DNA of 57,777 nt, filler included, from Dirinaria sp. TL-2023a (taxonomy: Eukaryota), in the NCBI GenBank assembly GCA_051941275.1. It is 3 parts of 3 records of this genome, joined end to end, with 100 filler letters (N's around TTAATTAATTAA, not from the genome) between each part and the next. Parts side by side here need not be neighbours in the genome. Positions count along the whole stretch, not along the records: positions 19,311 to 38,515 come from JAVEBF010000348.1; 2 more parts are not named here. The stretch is one strand, 5' to 3'. A program made the translations under genes and the position numbers. The notes below the pieces were generated by a model. It did not search any database. It was not told where the DNA came from and saw only the letters and a list, made by a program, of their open reading frames with translations. Shown one piece after another: positions 23,937 to 37,619 of the stretch; positions within the stretch are counted from its first letter, which is position 1, and each line of letters starts with the position of its first letter.

Positions 23937-24273
23937 GGCCTTCTGGATCAGAAAGTCTTTCCAAAGAATCCTCTGCTAACGGAATCCGGATGGCCATATT
24001 GAGCTGTCATGAGCATCTGCTCTTGATGCAGTCCGACCACTGTCATTTGCGATTGGGACTTGACAAAGATAATGTTGATAGTCCCTCGGTCCTGTAAGAC
24101 TGACATAGCTCATGGATGATAGTTGATCCGAGCCGCCGCCCTAAACCTATCTAGGCAAATCACTTTGAACGCGCGCCGACTCCTCTGCATCGACCACCTC
24201 TAATCTTTCACTTTCGATCTTCACCTCTACCTTACCACCTCTTCCCTCCTTGTCGCCCTTCTAATTCTAAGAT

Positions 24274-27200
24274 ATGGCAGATGAGGTCAAAATCGACAAG
24301 CAGGTCTTCCAAGACCGCTTATACCAGTTCGTTCAAGCATGGAAAGCAGACAAGCGATCAAATGACGCGTTATTTGGGGGTGTCGGATCCATAGTGATTC
24401 TTATGGGTCGCAATGAAGAGACTCCCACGTTCCAGAAGAGGAATGCAATGCATGTAGGCTTTGCCTCACCTGAATATCTTCATATGTTCCGAGACTGATC
24501 CTCACTCCGCAGTTCTGGCTTCTCGGCTATGAGTTCCCCGCTACACTGATGATCTTTACTCCTGAAGCACTTTGGGTTGTCACCACTGTCAAGAAAGGTA
24601 CAACTGCTTCCCGAGTCATGTGCCAAGCTCTGCGCTTATGCTTATCTTTTCTTGCGAACAGCAAAACATCTGGAGCCCCTGAAAGGAGGCAAGGTGCCTG
24701 TGGAGATTCTGGTTCGAGGAAAGGATGCGGAGCAGAACACCAAACAGTTCGAGAAGTGCTTGGATGTGATTAAGGGTGCTGGAGTATGCCATATACCCGG
24801 GAGTGGATGCAATGAACTAATGACTCTACAGAAGAAAGTTGGAACTATTGCAAAAGATACCTCTTCCGGCCCCTTCGCAGATGAATGGAGGGCGGCTTTC
24901 GGCGAAGCGTCAAAAGATCTAGAAGAAGTTGATGTCACTGCAGCTCTTTCCATCGCTGCATTGTCGGTCAAAGACGAAAATGAGCTGGTACGCTCTGAAT
25001 GAGGATGCGCTTCTCTACTTATGCTAACTGAGCCTAGCGATCGATGCGGAATGCTTCAAGAGCATGTACGGGACTTCTTACTGAGTACTTCCTCGAAGAA
25101 ATGTCAGAGATTCTGGATGAAGAGAAGAAGGTTGCGCACAAGCAGCTGGCGGGCAAGGTTGACGACAAGATCGACGATGCCAAATTCTTTCAAGGGTTAA
25201 AGACGAAGTTGCCAGCGGACTTTGACGCCGCCCAGCTGGACTGGATATACGGACCTATCGTGCAAAGCGGCGGTAACTATGATATGAAGTTGACTGCACA
25301 GCCAGACGGAAACATGTTACACGCCGGTACTATCATCGCCGGGCTTGGACTGAAGTATAAGAGCTATTGCTCAATTGTTGCACGGACCTATCTCGTCGAT
25401 CCGAATGAATCGCAGGAAAGTAACTACAAGCTACTCACGAGTATCCACGAAGCTGTGATAAAGGACGCTAAGGAAGGCGTAACTATCAAAGATCTTTACA
25501 ACAAAGCGATTAACATAATCAAGTCCAAGAAACCAGACCTCGAGAAAAATTTTGTCAAGAGTCTTGGTGCTGGCATCGGTCTCGAAACAAAAGATCCAGT
25601 TCTGAATATCACCGCGAAGAACAATAAAACCCTCAAGGATGGAATGACATTAACTATCTGTACAGGCTTCAACGATATTGAGAATCCCAAGCCCCAGGAT
25701 AAGCAAAGCCAGAAGTATTCTCTTATGGTGATGGATACCATTCGCATCCGAAGAGATCAAGAACCCGCGAACTTCACAGGCTCTGCTGCTTTAGATCTGG
25801 GATCTACATCTTTCTTTTTCAAAGACGATGAAGAGGAGGAGCCGGCTCCTAAAGCCAAAACAAAGAAGGACGCAAAAGTCGGCGCCGTCGCCGCAAGTAA
25901 CATCACCAAAACGAAGCTGAGAGCAGAGCGGACCACGCAGGCCGATGAAGGTGCAGAGGCACGAAGACGTGAGCATCAGAAAGAGCTCGCTCAGAGGAAG
26001 CAGCAAGAGGGTCTCAACCAATATTCTGAGGCGATTGGCGACCGTAACGGTGTTACCCAAAAGAGATTCAAGAAATTTGATTCTTATAAACGCGACAACC
26101 AATTCCCATCTCGTGTCAAAGACCTTGTAGTTGTCGTTGACACTAAAGCATCCACCGTGATATTGCCAATTATGGGTCGCCCAGTACCCTTTCATATCAA
26201 TACCATCAAGAATGCTAGCAAGAGCGACGAGGGTGAATTCGCGTACCTACGAATCAACTTCCTATCTCCGGGACAAGGTGTAGGACGGAAGGACGATCAG
26301 CCCTTCGAGGATCCAACGGCCCATTTTGTTCGGAGTCTGACGTTCCGTTCTAGGGATGCAGATAGGATGCAAGATATTGCTACGCAGATCACAGAGTTAA
26401 GGAAGAACGCAGTGCGCCGAGAGCAGGAAAAGAAAGAGCTTGAAGATGTTGTCGCACAAGATAGGATCGTCGAAAGTGAGTTCGCCTCTAAGACGGCATT
26501 GTCTTTGGCTAACACATGCGTCCAGCTCGCAAACCTCCTCATCTCGACAATGTCTTCGTTCGTCCTGCTACTGACGGCAAACGTATCACTGGCGAATTGG
26601 AGATTCACCAGAACGGCCTCCGGTATCGCGACGTCCGGGGAAGCAACGTCGAGATCCTCTTTAGCAATGTCAAGCACCTTTTTTTCCAACCCTGTGCGCA
26701 CGAGTTGATTGTTATCATACACGTTCATCTCAAGAATCCTATCATGATAGGAAAGAAGAAGGCCAAAGATGTGCAATTTTACCGCGAAGCCACTGACATG
26801 GCGTTCGACGAGACAGGAAACCGGAAGAGAAAGCATCGATTTGGAGACGAGGAAGAATTTGAACAGGAGCAGGAGGAGCGAAGACGACGAGCTCAACTTG
26901 ATAGGGAGTTCAAGGGCTTCGCAGAGAAAATCCAGAATGCTACTGGGGAGATACTCACAGGTGTCGACGTTCCTTTCCGAGACCTTGGTTTCCAAGGAGT
27001 GCCGAATCGGTCGAACGTGCTCTGCTCGCCCAGTGCCGATTGTCTTGTACAGCTGACCGAGCCCCCTTTCATGGTGTTGACACTTGACGAGATCGAAACC
27101 GTGCATCTGGAACGTGTGCAATTCGGCCTCAAGAATTTCGATATGGTGGTTGTATTCAAAGACTTCCTCCGGGCACCGGTGCACATCAACACCATCCCTG

Positions 27201-27613
27201 TCGAGAACCTGGAGAATGTGAAAGATTGGCTCGATTCGATCAACATACCCTACTCCGAGGGCCCCCTCAACCTCAACTGGGCCACCATCATGAAGACGAT
27301 AAACGCCGACCCTCACCAGTTCTTCAAGGAAGGTGGCTGGTCCTTCCTGTCCGCCGAATCCGACGAAGAAGACGAGGAGGAAGAGGAGGAGGAATCGGCA
27401 TTCGAGATGTCCGAATCCGAGCTTGCGGTCTCGGACGAGTCGTCGGAGGACGATTCCGAGTTCGACGATGATGCGTCCGCCGACGAGGGGGATGCGAGCT
27501 TGGATGAGGAGAGCGGTGGTGAGGACTGGGACGAGCTGGAGAAGAAGGCAAAGAAGAAGGATAAGGAGAGTGGATTGAATGACGAGGAAGGGGGGAAGAA
27601 GAGGAAACGTTAG
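24274..27613 (+). CDS. SPT16: FACT complex subunit Spt16
   Basis: [58 protein letters not shown] and an acidic C-terminus. Introns 24454-24512, 24598-24661, 24784-24831, 24988-25037 and 26476-26525. Confidence 0.97.
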
Positions 27614-28229
27614 GGATATATGGCGGGCTACCTTACACCTGAGGGTACTCGTACCTATGATCTCCTTTCTGCCCCGAAGGGGGGGGGATGATTTTCTCCT
27701 TACGTCCTCCCTACTTACCTTAGTTACTACATCTGAGCCGCTCTCTAGCCTATGTAGATTTGAACTTGTCAAATGAGTTGTGGGCGAAGTCGGTAGTAGG
27801 AGCCTAGGTACCTCTCCTTTTTTTTTTCCTTCTCAAATAAGACATACAATGTATCAGAGAGGACTTTTGATCCCAAGTAAAACACACATCAGCCTCCGCA
27901 AAGGTAGTCAGGTCAGTCATAAAGTGAAAAGTCCGAATAGATCACAACCCTCCATTTTCGCAAGTTGTAGACTGGATCAAAATGCGAGAGCCTTACATGC
28001 CCCGAGTTACGTCTAATCTAACTCTCTTTTTTATCATTTGATTGATTGCATAGAGAAGAAAGATACGAATGGAGTGTGAAGGAAGAAAGTAAGGAAGGCT
28101 TTTCTCAGTTATCCAGATAGTTTACCGTGTTGTTGATGATATACCTACGTACCTGCCTACCTAGCTACTTATCATACCTGTAGAGCTCTTCTTGCCCCCC
28201 CTTTTTCTCTGCTAATTCAATAAGGCCCG

Positions 28230-28261
<32 letters not shown>

Positions 28262-28360
28262 ATTCTACATAGGATGTTCTGTACCCTTCCCAAAAAAAAA
28301 AAAAAAAATGAAAAACTGAACACACCCAAGAAAAAAAAAAAATCCTAGCTCCCTTTTTTT
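28230..28360. repeat. Poly(A)/poly(T) homopolymer tracts between the convergent SPT16 and RNase H1 genes
   Basis: An A run of about 31 nt at 28230-28260, further A runs near 28292-28308 and 28331-28342, and a T run near 28353. Confidence 0.85.
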
Positions 28361-28572
28361 TGTTTTCCCCCCTTCCATGGTTTCCAATGCGAACAATCAT
28401 CCGTTTCGTGAACCGGATACCGATAACGAGATACCTTACCTAGGGTGAGGTAATCATAGGTCCGAAACCCTCCTTCCTTCCTTCCTTGCCTTCCTTCCTC
28501 CTTCCTTCTGAACCAGAAAGGAAAAAACAGGAAAAAAAATGAACAAAAAACCAGAAAGGGGACCTTGGCACC

Positions 28573-29916
28573 CTACGCCCTGCCCGCCTTCTTGGCCCCT
28601 TCGATCGCCAACCGATCCGCCTGGATATTCCCGGGGTGATTCGCGTGACCTTTGATCCATTCGAATCCCGTCGTCACCATGAGCTGATCGCGCTGCTCGA
28701 TCTTGGCGAGGATACTTTCGACCAGATCCTTGTTCTCGACGGTTTTCCCCGCGGCCGTCTTCCAGCCGTTCTTGCGCCAGTTGATGTACCAGCTGGTGAC
28801 GCAGTCGATGGAGTATTTGCTGTCGGTGACGATGACGACGGCGCGGTTGAGCGGGGCGATGTCCAGGGCACGCTGGATGGCGGTGAGTTCGGCGCGTTGG
28901 TTGGTTTGGCGGGTGCCGGGGAGGGGGTCGGAGACGTTTCTGTTGGAATTAGGTTAGGGGGAGGTTATGGTTGTTGGTAATTGGAAGGCTACTATGTGTG
29001 TTACGCGTACCTTGGATCGCTGGGCCCGAAGTAGACGCCAATACCGGCGAATGCACCGGTTTTGCCATTCCCTAATGAGCTGCCGTCGGTGTGGATTCGT
29101 ACAGGCTCGGTCTGGCTAAGTCCGGTGCGCAACTTTTTCGTGGCATGTCGCTGTTCTTCGGGCTTGTAGACGAGTGCTCCCGTTCTGGGGTCGAGAAGGA
29201 TGGTAGGGTCGAACCCATCTTCGACTCCTGGTGGTAAGGGTGCTGTGCCTGGTGCATAGTCCGCTTCGTTGTATTGCACAGCCACTGGCTTAGCGACCTT
29301 GCTGGTGCCGTTGACGGCTTTCTTTGTTCTTTTCGCAGTCGGTGGTTTTGCTGTCAGCTCTGCGGCATCCTCGCCCAGGATTTCATCTATGGCTGCCGTG
29401 GGATCTGTCTCCAGCCCTTCTGATCCCGCTGCTGTCCTTGGTTCGTCCTCATCTAGAAAACGTTGAGCCTCAGCTCTGGTCTGGAACAACTTGTGTCTTG
29501 GCTTGGTCCACCCTTTGATTTGCTGCTGCACTGACGTCCAGTCCGTGTATATGCCCGGCATTCTGCCGCTTTTGACGGCGTAGAATTTTGTCGATCCAGC
29601 TACCCCATTCCCGGGATTGTCTTCGCCGGCTAGGAAGCGTTCTGCGTCTATTAAGGATGAGAAAGATTTAACTGCATCCTTGCAATTAGCACAGATATCC
29701 TCAGTTCTCTGGCAGCGGTACATGAAATGTCATACAAGTTGCTCCTTTGAAACCCTTAATCTGAGTCTTGCAGTCGTCCCATGTGTGATAGACACCTGGG
29801 CTGAAGCCTGCTCTGACGGCGTAGAACTTTGGTTCTGCGGCCCTCCGCCTCTTGGTTCCAGCCGAAGCTGCGGTGAGTCCAGTCGATACAGACTTCACGG
29901 AGAGAGCGTCGTCCAT
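28573..29916 (-). CDS. RNH1: Ribonuclease H1 with two N-terminal hybrid-binding domains
   Basis: KFYAVRAG..PGVY..W and KFYAVKSG..PGIY..W, then catalytic motifs HTDGSSLGNG, QTNQRAELTA, TDSKY and WIKGH...GN..ADRLA. Introns 29672-29735 and 28940-29010. Confidence 0.95.
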
Positions 29917-31349
29917 ACTGTGGGCTGAGGTTCGGGGGAGGGAATATACGATAAAGTCGAAAGCTCTGCAAAGGAGCTGTTGATAGTTGAGCTTATGCTT
30001 ACTCCATGTTAGAGTTCGCCAGAGATCCGAGACCGGCTTCCAAGTTCTTATGCGAGTTGATAAAGTTATGATGGTGGGTTCAACTGTCTGGGTTTTCAAA
30101 AAAAAGAAACAAGCAGCCCGCAATACTTCTCCGCTTGCTAAGCTCTAGTCGGTTGTGTTTGACTCCGCTGAGAGCTCGATACGGTTAGCATTCAACGTGA
30201 TGAACGTGATTGATAGCATTGATGGGCCATCAGAATCCAGATAGGACGTGTTTCCAGTGTGCAAGATGGGTGGTCAGTTTCATGTATCACGTCTCCAACA
30301 ATAATGCCCGTCCCTAAGTACCTCAAGGAGGTATCGCTATTCGCTCCCCCTCCCCTCCCTCCTCCACGATCGTTTGACTTTAAGGTTTGAGAAGCCGCGG
30401 CCCTCGGCCCGATGTCAGTGCGGTTCGCTTCGCTACAGCAGTCATTGAGGCCAACCAATCTGAAGTATTAGAAGTATTGAGCCAGCCATGACTTCCTTGA
30501 GCTCGGAGCTTCTGAAATAATAATGTGAGATGGGCTTCTCAGATGGATTGCAGATCTAGAGCCTCAGACAGCACGCCCACAAGCACAAAAAAAGCTGAGT
30601 CCAGTGCATTGGCATGAGCGATAGCCAACGGCGCAAAGTCTTGTAACAGTACTCACACTCATCGAAGATGCATTTTTTTAACTATCGCTTTTGAACTTAT
30701 GCATTCTACGTATCTTTCCGAAGCATTGGCGAATTTCTACATACATACTGTAGTTGGAGGCTTAAGCGCATGACATGGGCTATAGTGAGCTGCGGTGTAC
30801 TTAAAAGAGTTCAGCTGAAACGTGTGATTACATTATGGAGGAGAGTTCTTTGGATTTGGCTGGCCGAATGGTTTTGATTTTTTTTCTGGCACTGCGGCCA
30901 TACGCTACGAATATGTAAAATAAGTCTATGCCTTCTGCTTTGTACAGCAACGACCCTCTTGGCCAATATCAACAATGAAGGGTATCAGAACGCCGGTTCA
31001 AATGCTTCATGCGCTAAACTGAGTGCCATCGGGTCTGAGAATGGGCAACCCGTAAGTAGGATCATCATCGCAGCCCAGGTAGTTCGCCAATGCAAATAGG
31101 TATCGAGACCATGCAACGTTGGTAAAATCGCAGATCAACGTGAGAGTGAGCGGGCCGTGGTGGGGAATGGATTTTGAGGACATCAAGAGGCTTCGAAAGC
31201 TCCTTGTTTGCCCAGGCCAATGTGGTGGCAGTGCCTCATTCGCTATGCCCTTCGGTTGAGGAAATAAAGAGCCACTAGTGATGCGATTGTGGACCGCGGC
31301 TCGTACAACGCTTGACTTGAGAGGATGCATTGTCGAGGCAAAGGAGTAT

Positions 31350-32643
31350 TTAGGACAAGTCCCTTTTTCGTCGTAGATGTGCAAGGCCTGATGTCTCCTT
31401 CTCCAGCTCGACGTAGCGTTTCACCGGTAGATCACGCTTCTGCTGCTGCTGCCCTTCCTGCTTAGTCTCTTCTGGTTTCACTTCTTGCTTATTCTCTTCG
31501 ACCTTTACCTCCTCTGGCTTGTTCTCTGGCTGCTTGTTCTCGGGCTGCATGTTCTCGGGCTGCGTGTTCTCGGGTTGCGTGTTCTCGGGTTGCTTGTTTT
31601 CGGCTTGCTTGTCCTGCTCTTGCTTCGCTTTTTCGTCCTGCTGTTGCTTGTTTTTCTCTGCCTGTTGCTTTTGCTTCTCCTCCTTCTCTTTTTGCTTGGC
31701 TGCTGCTTTCGCTTCCTTTTCGGCCTTCAGTTCTTCTTCACTTTTCTTGATCCACTCTTTGACATCGGCGTTCCAACGGTGACTGCTGTTGTCTCAGTAT
31801 TCAATGCCGCAAACGGATATAAGATTCTGGACTTACCCCTCATACTCTGTCACAATGAGCGCCTTCTCTTTGTATTCCTGGATCAAGATTCTGTCGTAGG
31901 CATATGGCACCTTGGCACCGACACCCTCGTATAATGTATCCCTCATTGGATACAGATCAGTTGTGTGATATCGGTGATAATTCTTGCAACTCCACACCCC
32001 AGGCCGATCGTCGGGATGAGTCTCGCTCAAGCCCGTGATGTCAATATAAAGCCCATTCGAGGTGTCTATCCACCGTGCGTCGATGACATTGTTACCGTTC
32101 CCTCGCACTCGTTCCACGATGGCCGGATTAACATCCAGGAGGTAGGTGCGCTTTGTCTGCCCATCTTTGGAAACATAGTTGTACATGGTGCCATTATGGT
32201 GTTTGCCCATATAATTCAGTGTGGATTCTGACACTTGAGTATCAATGTCCCAGTCCCACGGTAGCATCTGCCGCCTGTTAGCCACCAGTTTCGTCCTCCA
32301 AGCTCGAACCACAGACCTTGCCGTTCCACCACCATCCGAGCAGAGTACCATGTGCTAGCCACGTCTCCATCCCGCTCTCGGCAAAAAAAGTGAAATAGGC
32401 TCGAAGCATGTGCGACTGGGTGAACCTTCGATCCTCGTAGGTATCGATTCCTTTGTGGTATCTGCTATCATAGTGATTCCCGAGCATATCCCCTCCTGGT
32501 TCGTGAAAATATTTTGGAAAGCCCACCTCTTTCTGCCGTTCCCTTCTCTCTATTGAGCTCGTCGACCCAGTGACTGGTGCTGAGAATACAAGCGAAGGAA
32601 TCAAGCACGAAGCCAGCGAGAACAGGAGATGCCGTAGCCGCAT
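31350..32643 (-). CDS. LicD/Mnn4-like (fukutin-related) phosphotransferase with signal peptide and a charged low-complexity C-tail
   Basis: KYFHEP...HYDSRY, ETWLAHGTLLGWWWNGK|MLPWDWDIDTQV and IDARWID...GLYIDIT. Introns 32268-32316 and 31783-31836. Confidence 0.9.
31515..31610 (-). repeat. 15-bp coding tandem repeat (Q-P-E-N-[KTM]) in the LicD tail
   Basis: The + strand has about 6 copies of gttctcgggytgcnt. Confidence 0.85.
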
Positions 32644-34375
32644 AGTCGCGGTATGTGTGCGAAATCCGCGTAAGAAATAAAATAATCACTGGGAGGCTGA
32701 CGATAAGAATAGTGCTCAAGCCTCAAGGTAGTTCCGACCACGCAGTAGTGACATAAGACCTGGGACGGCGTTTCGGCGGTGCCAAGAGCGAAAAGAGCGA
32801 AGTCAGGCTTTGCGGTGACCGGGAGTGTGAGGGTCTCGTGCCTGAAGTCGGGTAATTGATGCGGGTGAGAAGGTGCGCTTACTCGGCTGTGGAGGTGCGG
32901 AACGGAGACTAAAGTATTATTATTGAATCGACGAATGTCGTCAGTGTACGAGTACGATTTGAATTGATTGATGAGAGGGAAAAAAAAGAGGAGCAGGAGG
33001 TAAAAGGGCGGAGAGCGTGAGCATTTCGGGGAGGAAGGCGCAATCAGTTCCTGCACGGCGGTATCTGATCCTTCCTAATGATGGGCTGAGGACAGTGGAG
33101 ATTTACTAATTCGGGTTTAATTTGGTCGCGTGCCTGCTTGGCACAACCGTTGCACCAATCGGCCTTCTACATAACTGCCAGGGGGGGGCGGAGGGGCCAA
33201 GAACCAACATTGAAACTCGGGCCGTGTGTAACGGCTGGTCTGGTGCGATTTTGTTGGTGGCCTGATACGTAAAGCATGTAATAATCAGGCTGCGTGGCCC
33301 GAAGAGATGCGAATCACGGACATAATAATCTTGTGATACCCGGCAAGCATTCAGCCTTACCTTACTACTAAGTCACCATTTGATTGAAAACAGTTCATAG
33401 AATGAATGAATACTTTGGTATCATTATTGAGCTACACGTACATGCAGCAAGAGCGCAGTTCCTAGGACAAACTACTGTAAGGTAAGGCAGTACTCGTACG
33501 AGTACCCAAGCAATAGTGCAGTACTGTAGGTAAGCACAGCCATCCAGGGGTCAAGTCCACCCTACCACAATGCGTCCAAGGCTCCAAGCCCAGGTATCCC
33601 ACTCACCGTCAGCGCCACCAGACTTATTTCCGTAGGTCAGAAGTGTCCACAAGCAACGACCACGGTCGTCATTCACTTTCCGGCCAGTACGTAGGAGCAT
33701 TCGAGAAGTAGATGATGTACCTTCTCAGCGCGATGACACTTCAGTCAGCACATGCACTAATTAAGTGCAATGTTGGAGCCTCCTGTCGGGTGTTTCAGCC
33801 AAACCACTAACTCGCTCTAAAGTGTTTCACTCTCACTATGTACTGTGCTTATGTACCTATGCTGAAGTGGATTTAGATTATTTGCATCTGGGATCTCTTG
33901 ACTTCCTCAAGATGTATCAGTTGTTTGCTCAGAAAGCCTTATTTCCGCTGGCTTAGGCCGGCAAACCAGACAATTAGGCTCATTTATGGCATAGCCTTGG
34001 CTTTAATTGCTCTATCAACCAAGCGTTTGATAGCATTCATGTTCTCCGATTCCTCTCTTGAACGCTGTCCAGATTCCCAAATCAAAAACAGAAGTAGGAA
34101 GATGGGTACCTCAGACGGGTTCTCGATAATAATAATTAGTCGGAAAAAAAAGGTCAAATTAAAAAAAAAGAAAAAGAAAAAAGAAAACCAAAAAATTTGT
34201 TAAGATCGGCTTCCGATCGGCCCGGCATTCCTCTTTCGGAATATTCCATCAGCTCGCTTCTCCCCTTCTATTCTTCTTACAAATCCGTCGTCAGTACTTT
34301 ACCAAGTTACGCTGTGCGCTCATTATTAAATCCACAACTTTTCGCTTTCGAAAGCAATATTGTAGAATCGATATC

Positions 34376-35413
34376 ATGGAAGTCTCAGAGGTTCCTGAAT
34401 CCACGGCCGACCCCAAATCCATAAAAAGCTTCAACCTCACATTCACCCATCATGGCCAAAAACATACACTCACCTTCGCTGATAGTGAAACCATCACCGA
34501 CCTCTCGGACAGGATATTCGCAGATCTCGGAATACCGCCAGAGAACCAGAAGTTTATGATCACACCGAAGTTTGGAGTCCTCAAGCATCCCTTCCCAAAC
34601 CCCTCGTTAAGTCTCACCAACCTTCAAAACAAGAAGATCATACTCCTTGCGCCTTTACCCTCTGACATCTCATCTCTCTTGGAAGCGTCTTCCCAGTCCC
34701 GCTCGTCTGCCCGCAGCTCGCCAGTCAAATCCGCTACTCCTGTCCGCCACCGGGACTGGCGCAAAGTTCAAGATGAAGTGACCTATACCTTCCATTCGAT
34801 CCTGCCACTTTCATATCTCCCTAATCCTGAGCGCTCAAAACGCTTCCTCGAGCGATTACGAGACGATGCGGGTATCAAGGCCAGCATGCGAAAGCATAAG
34901 TTTTCCGTGGGAGTTTTGACGGAGATGAACCCTGCCGAACACACCACGCACGAGAGTCGTACCCTAGGATTGAACAGGAATAGGGGCGAGGCCATAGAGC
35001 TTCGCCTGCGCACCGATGCCTATGACGGGTATCGAGATTACAAAGTTATTCGGAAAACGCTGTGTCATGAGCTGGCTCACAACGTGTGGGGCGAGCATGA
35101 TCGGAACTTCTGGGATCTGACAAGGGACATCGAGAAGGAAGTCGAGGCGAACGACTGGCGCTCCGGCGGCCACGCTTTGACAAATGAAGAGTTCTACAAT
35201 CCGGATGATCATGGTGTATCAGGCGAGCACGTCGACGGAGGGGGATGGACCGGCGGGCAATTCGTCCTGGGTGGCACAGGAGGTGGAGCCATCAATTCTC
35301 AAGGAATACCTGTCGGAGGAGTGGGTAGAAGAGAGGCAATCGCGAAAGCAGCCGAAGATCGGATCAAGAAGCAGCAGGAGGCGGGCAGAGGAAGTAGTGG
35401 AGAGCTTCCATGA
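34376..35413 (+). CDS. Ubiquitin-like + WLM zinc metalloprotease (Wss1-family)
   Basis: Intronless 345-aa ORF with an N-terminal UBL-like region (LGIPPENQKFM), LGLNRNRG.AIELRLRT and the HELAH zinc motif. Confidence 0.92.
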   Translation: MEVSEVPESTADPKSIKSFNLTFTHHGQKHTLTFADSETITDLSDRIFADLGIPPENQKFMITPKFGVLKHPFPNPSLSLTNLQNKKIILLAPLPSDISSLLEASSQSRSSARSSPVKSATPVRHRDWRKVQDEVTYTFHSILPLSYLPNPERSKRFLERLRDDAGIKASMRKHKFSVGVLTEMNPAEHTTHESRTLGLNRNRGEAIELRLRTDAYDGYRDYKVIRKTLCHELAHNVWGEHDRNFWDLTRDIEKEVEANDWRSGGHALTNEEFYNPDDHGVSGEHVDGGGWTGGQFVLGGTGGGAINSQGIPVGGVGRREAIAKAAEDRIKKQQEAGRGSSGELP

Positions 35414-36415
35414 AGACTCGCCACCGCAAGCAGCTTGGTTGTAATATCGAATGAGGGCCATTAGGCTTTCAAGATGTTGTGGCTTCCGCTTCAATCGACG
35501 ATTCATAATTTTCTTATGTCATCATGGGCCCCACAAACTTTTCATGTATATATTTTCTTTATCGGTCATTGCTTCGACATCGTTCTCGTTGCTTCTGCCT
35601 CTGTCTGTGTCCACATATTCTATGTCTGTGTGGCTTCTTTCTCAGTCACTGCTTGAATGATGCTTTTATTGCTCCATTTCTTGTTGGTTGATGCTTCGGC
35701 CGGCATGGTCTGCATCGGCTCGAAAATCCTTTTCTGTCAAATACAATTTTACGTACCAAGTCCCGCGGCGGCCAAGTCCATACCTGTAGCAGGAGTTCAT
35801 TCCATGCCCTGGCGAGCATGGGTTCGCGTTCCTCAGGCTAGCTATGACTGGACTGATTAATTTATTTCTCTCCTGTCTATGATACTGATACAGCTTTAAG
35901 GATTTGCGTATCCGAAAACAACTTTTATTGGGAGAAGCTCGACGCATGGGCAGCTTGGTTCGGAGGAATCGGTCGATGAATGAAAGGACATTTTCTAGAA
36001 GCATCAACGAGTGACATTAAAAACATAGATCGCCTTTCAAGATATGTAATATATCTCCAACTAGACACCCATCACGAAGCTTGTCACTAGCGGGCTGTAC
36101 ATCATCACCGCAATGCTTGGTTCTAACTCCTGGAGGACCTGGACAGAGCTGAATGTGCCAAGAGACTTGGCATCCTCGGCCACCAGGCGCGCTTGTAATT
36201 ACCTCAGCTCCGTAAAGAAACTTAATAATGCTTGTACTTAATGCATGTACTATTAAGTTATTATCCGATGTTCGCCCGCTACTGCTCTCATCTTCAACAA
36301 GAAAGCAAGGCACTTTACCCTATATAACGCTGCATGTACCTACTGGATCATGAAAATCAATATGTACAGTACTTCCTGAGCTAAGCCCACTCAAAAGCCC
36401 AAACCCGCCTCTAGA

Positions 36416-37619
36416 ATGTCCGACTCAGTGGGTAAATCTCCCACCAATCTATCACCATATACCTTGTTCCAGAATGCACGGGTAGGCTGACTTCACGATT
36501 GAATATATAGACAGAGTCTTTGTCCATGCACTTAATACCGTGAAAAGGATACCTCGCACTGGTTCCGCTCGCCCGCCGCCCGCCGCCCGCCTGAAACTGT
36601 ATGGCCTGTACAAGCAAAGTATGGAAGGAGACGTGGAGGATATGATGCGCCGGCCGGAGGGCAGTGGCCCAGAAGAAGATGCTGAGAGGGAGAAGTGGTA
36701 CATGAACTCCGCAAAACCAATTGTTAGCCAGCGAAGATTTTGGGGAAGCTCCTGGAACGATCGCTGGCAATCGACGAGATAGTCCGGACTATACAGCTAA
36801 TATGGCAATCTATGTAGGGATGCGTGGCATACGAACCGCTCCATTTCTCGTACTGAAGCAAAAAGACGCTACATCACGACGCTCATCGAAACCATGCACG
36901 CCTACGCATCCACGACCCCTGAAGCCCGTGAGCTTGTGTCTGAACTGGAATTTGTCTGGGATCAGATCAGATCAAACCCGGTCTCCTCATCCTCGGCCTC
37001 CTCGCCAGAACACCTCGATCTGCTTTCTTCACGATCACGATCTAAACTACGGCAAAGGAGAAGTCTTGAGGACGTTGGCGGTAGAGAAACCATGCAACAA
37101 CATGGTGCAAAGGAGGAGGCGGCGAGAAGCGGATATCTACGGATGTTACGTCCTGTCAGCGAGCCTGGTGAAGGCGGAGAGGTAGAGGGTGACGGCGATG
37201 GACTCGAGGGAGTACGATCTTCTCCATCGCTTATGCCTTCCGACCGCGAAAACCTAGCCAACCCTTCTGTTTCACAGAAAAGAGACTATGAGGTGCGGAA
37301 TCGTAAATGGAGGAAGCGCATCGAGGCCGCACTTGTCAAGTTGACGACCGAGGTGGCGGCATTGAGGGAGCAGATGGAGGCGAGGAGAATCTTTGACGGA
37401 AGGCCGAGGGGGAGGATGTGGGCTTGGGTGGTTTGGATAGCGTGGGCTACATTCAGGCATGTGCTTATTGATGCAGCGATCTTTGGACTGCTATATTTGT
37501 GGCTGAGAAGGAAAGATGATCAAAGGTTGGAGCAGGGAATCAGGCTATTTGGGAAGGTGTGGACGGGAAGAGGAAGGAAGATAAGGGGCTGGAGGCGAGT
37601 AAAAGGGGTGGATGGTTGA
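36416..37619 (+). CDS. Acyl-CoA-binding (ACBP) domain protein with coiled coil and C-terminal TM helix (Atg37/ACBD5-like)
   Basis: MSDSV|DRVFVHALNTVKRIPRTGSARPPPAARLKLYGLYKQSMEGDV...EREKW|DAW. Introns 36432-36510 and 36698-36818. Hydrophobic C-terminal segment. Confidence 0.88.

Noticed and set aside
26297..27772. 491-aa antisense ORF (also 50576-51364, 31485-31934 and 2007-2600)
   Set aside because: Shadow ORFs opposite SPT16, CTR9, LicD and CLC, explained by codon bias and low complexity.
28573..29916. RNase H as a retroelement remnant
   Set aside because: It has introns and two hybrid-binding domains typical of cellular RNase H1, with no RT or integrase adjacent.
30190..30300. Box C-like RTGATGA motifs (also on the - strand near 49860) suggesting snoRNAs
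   Set aside because: No appropriately spaced box D with a terminal stem or recognisable rRNA guide.
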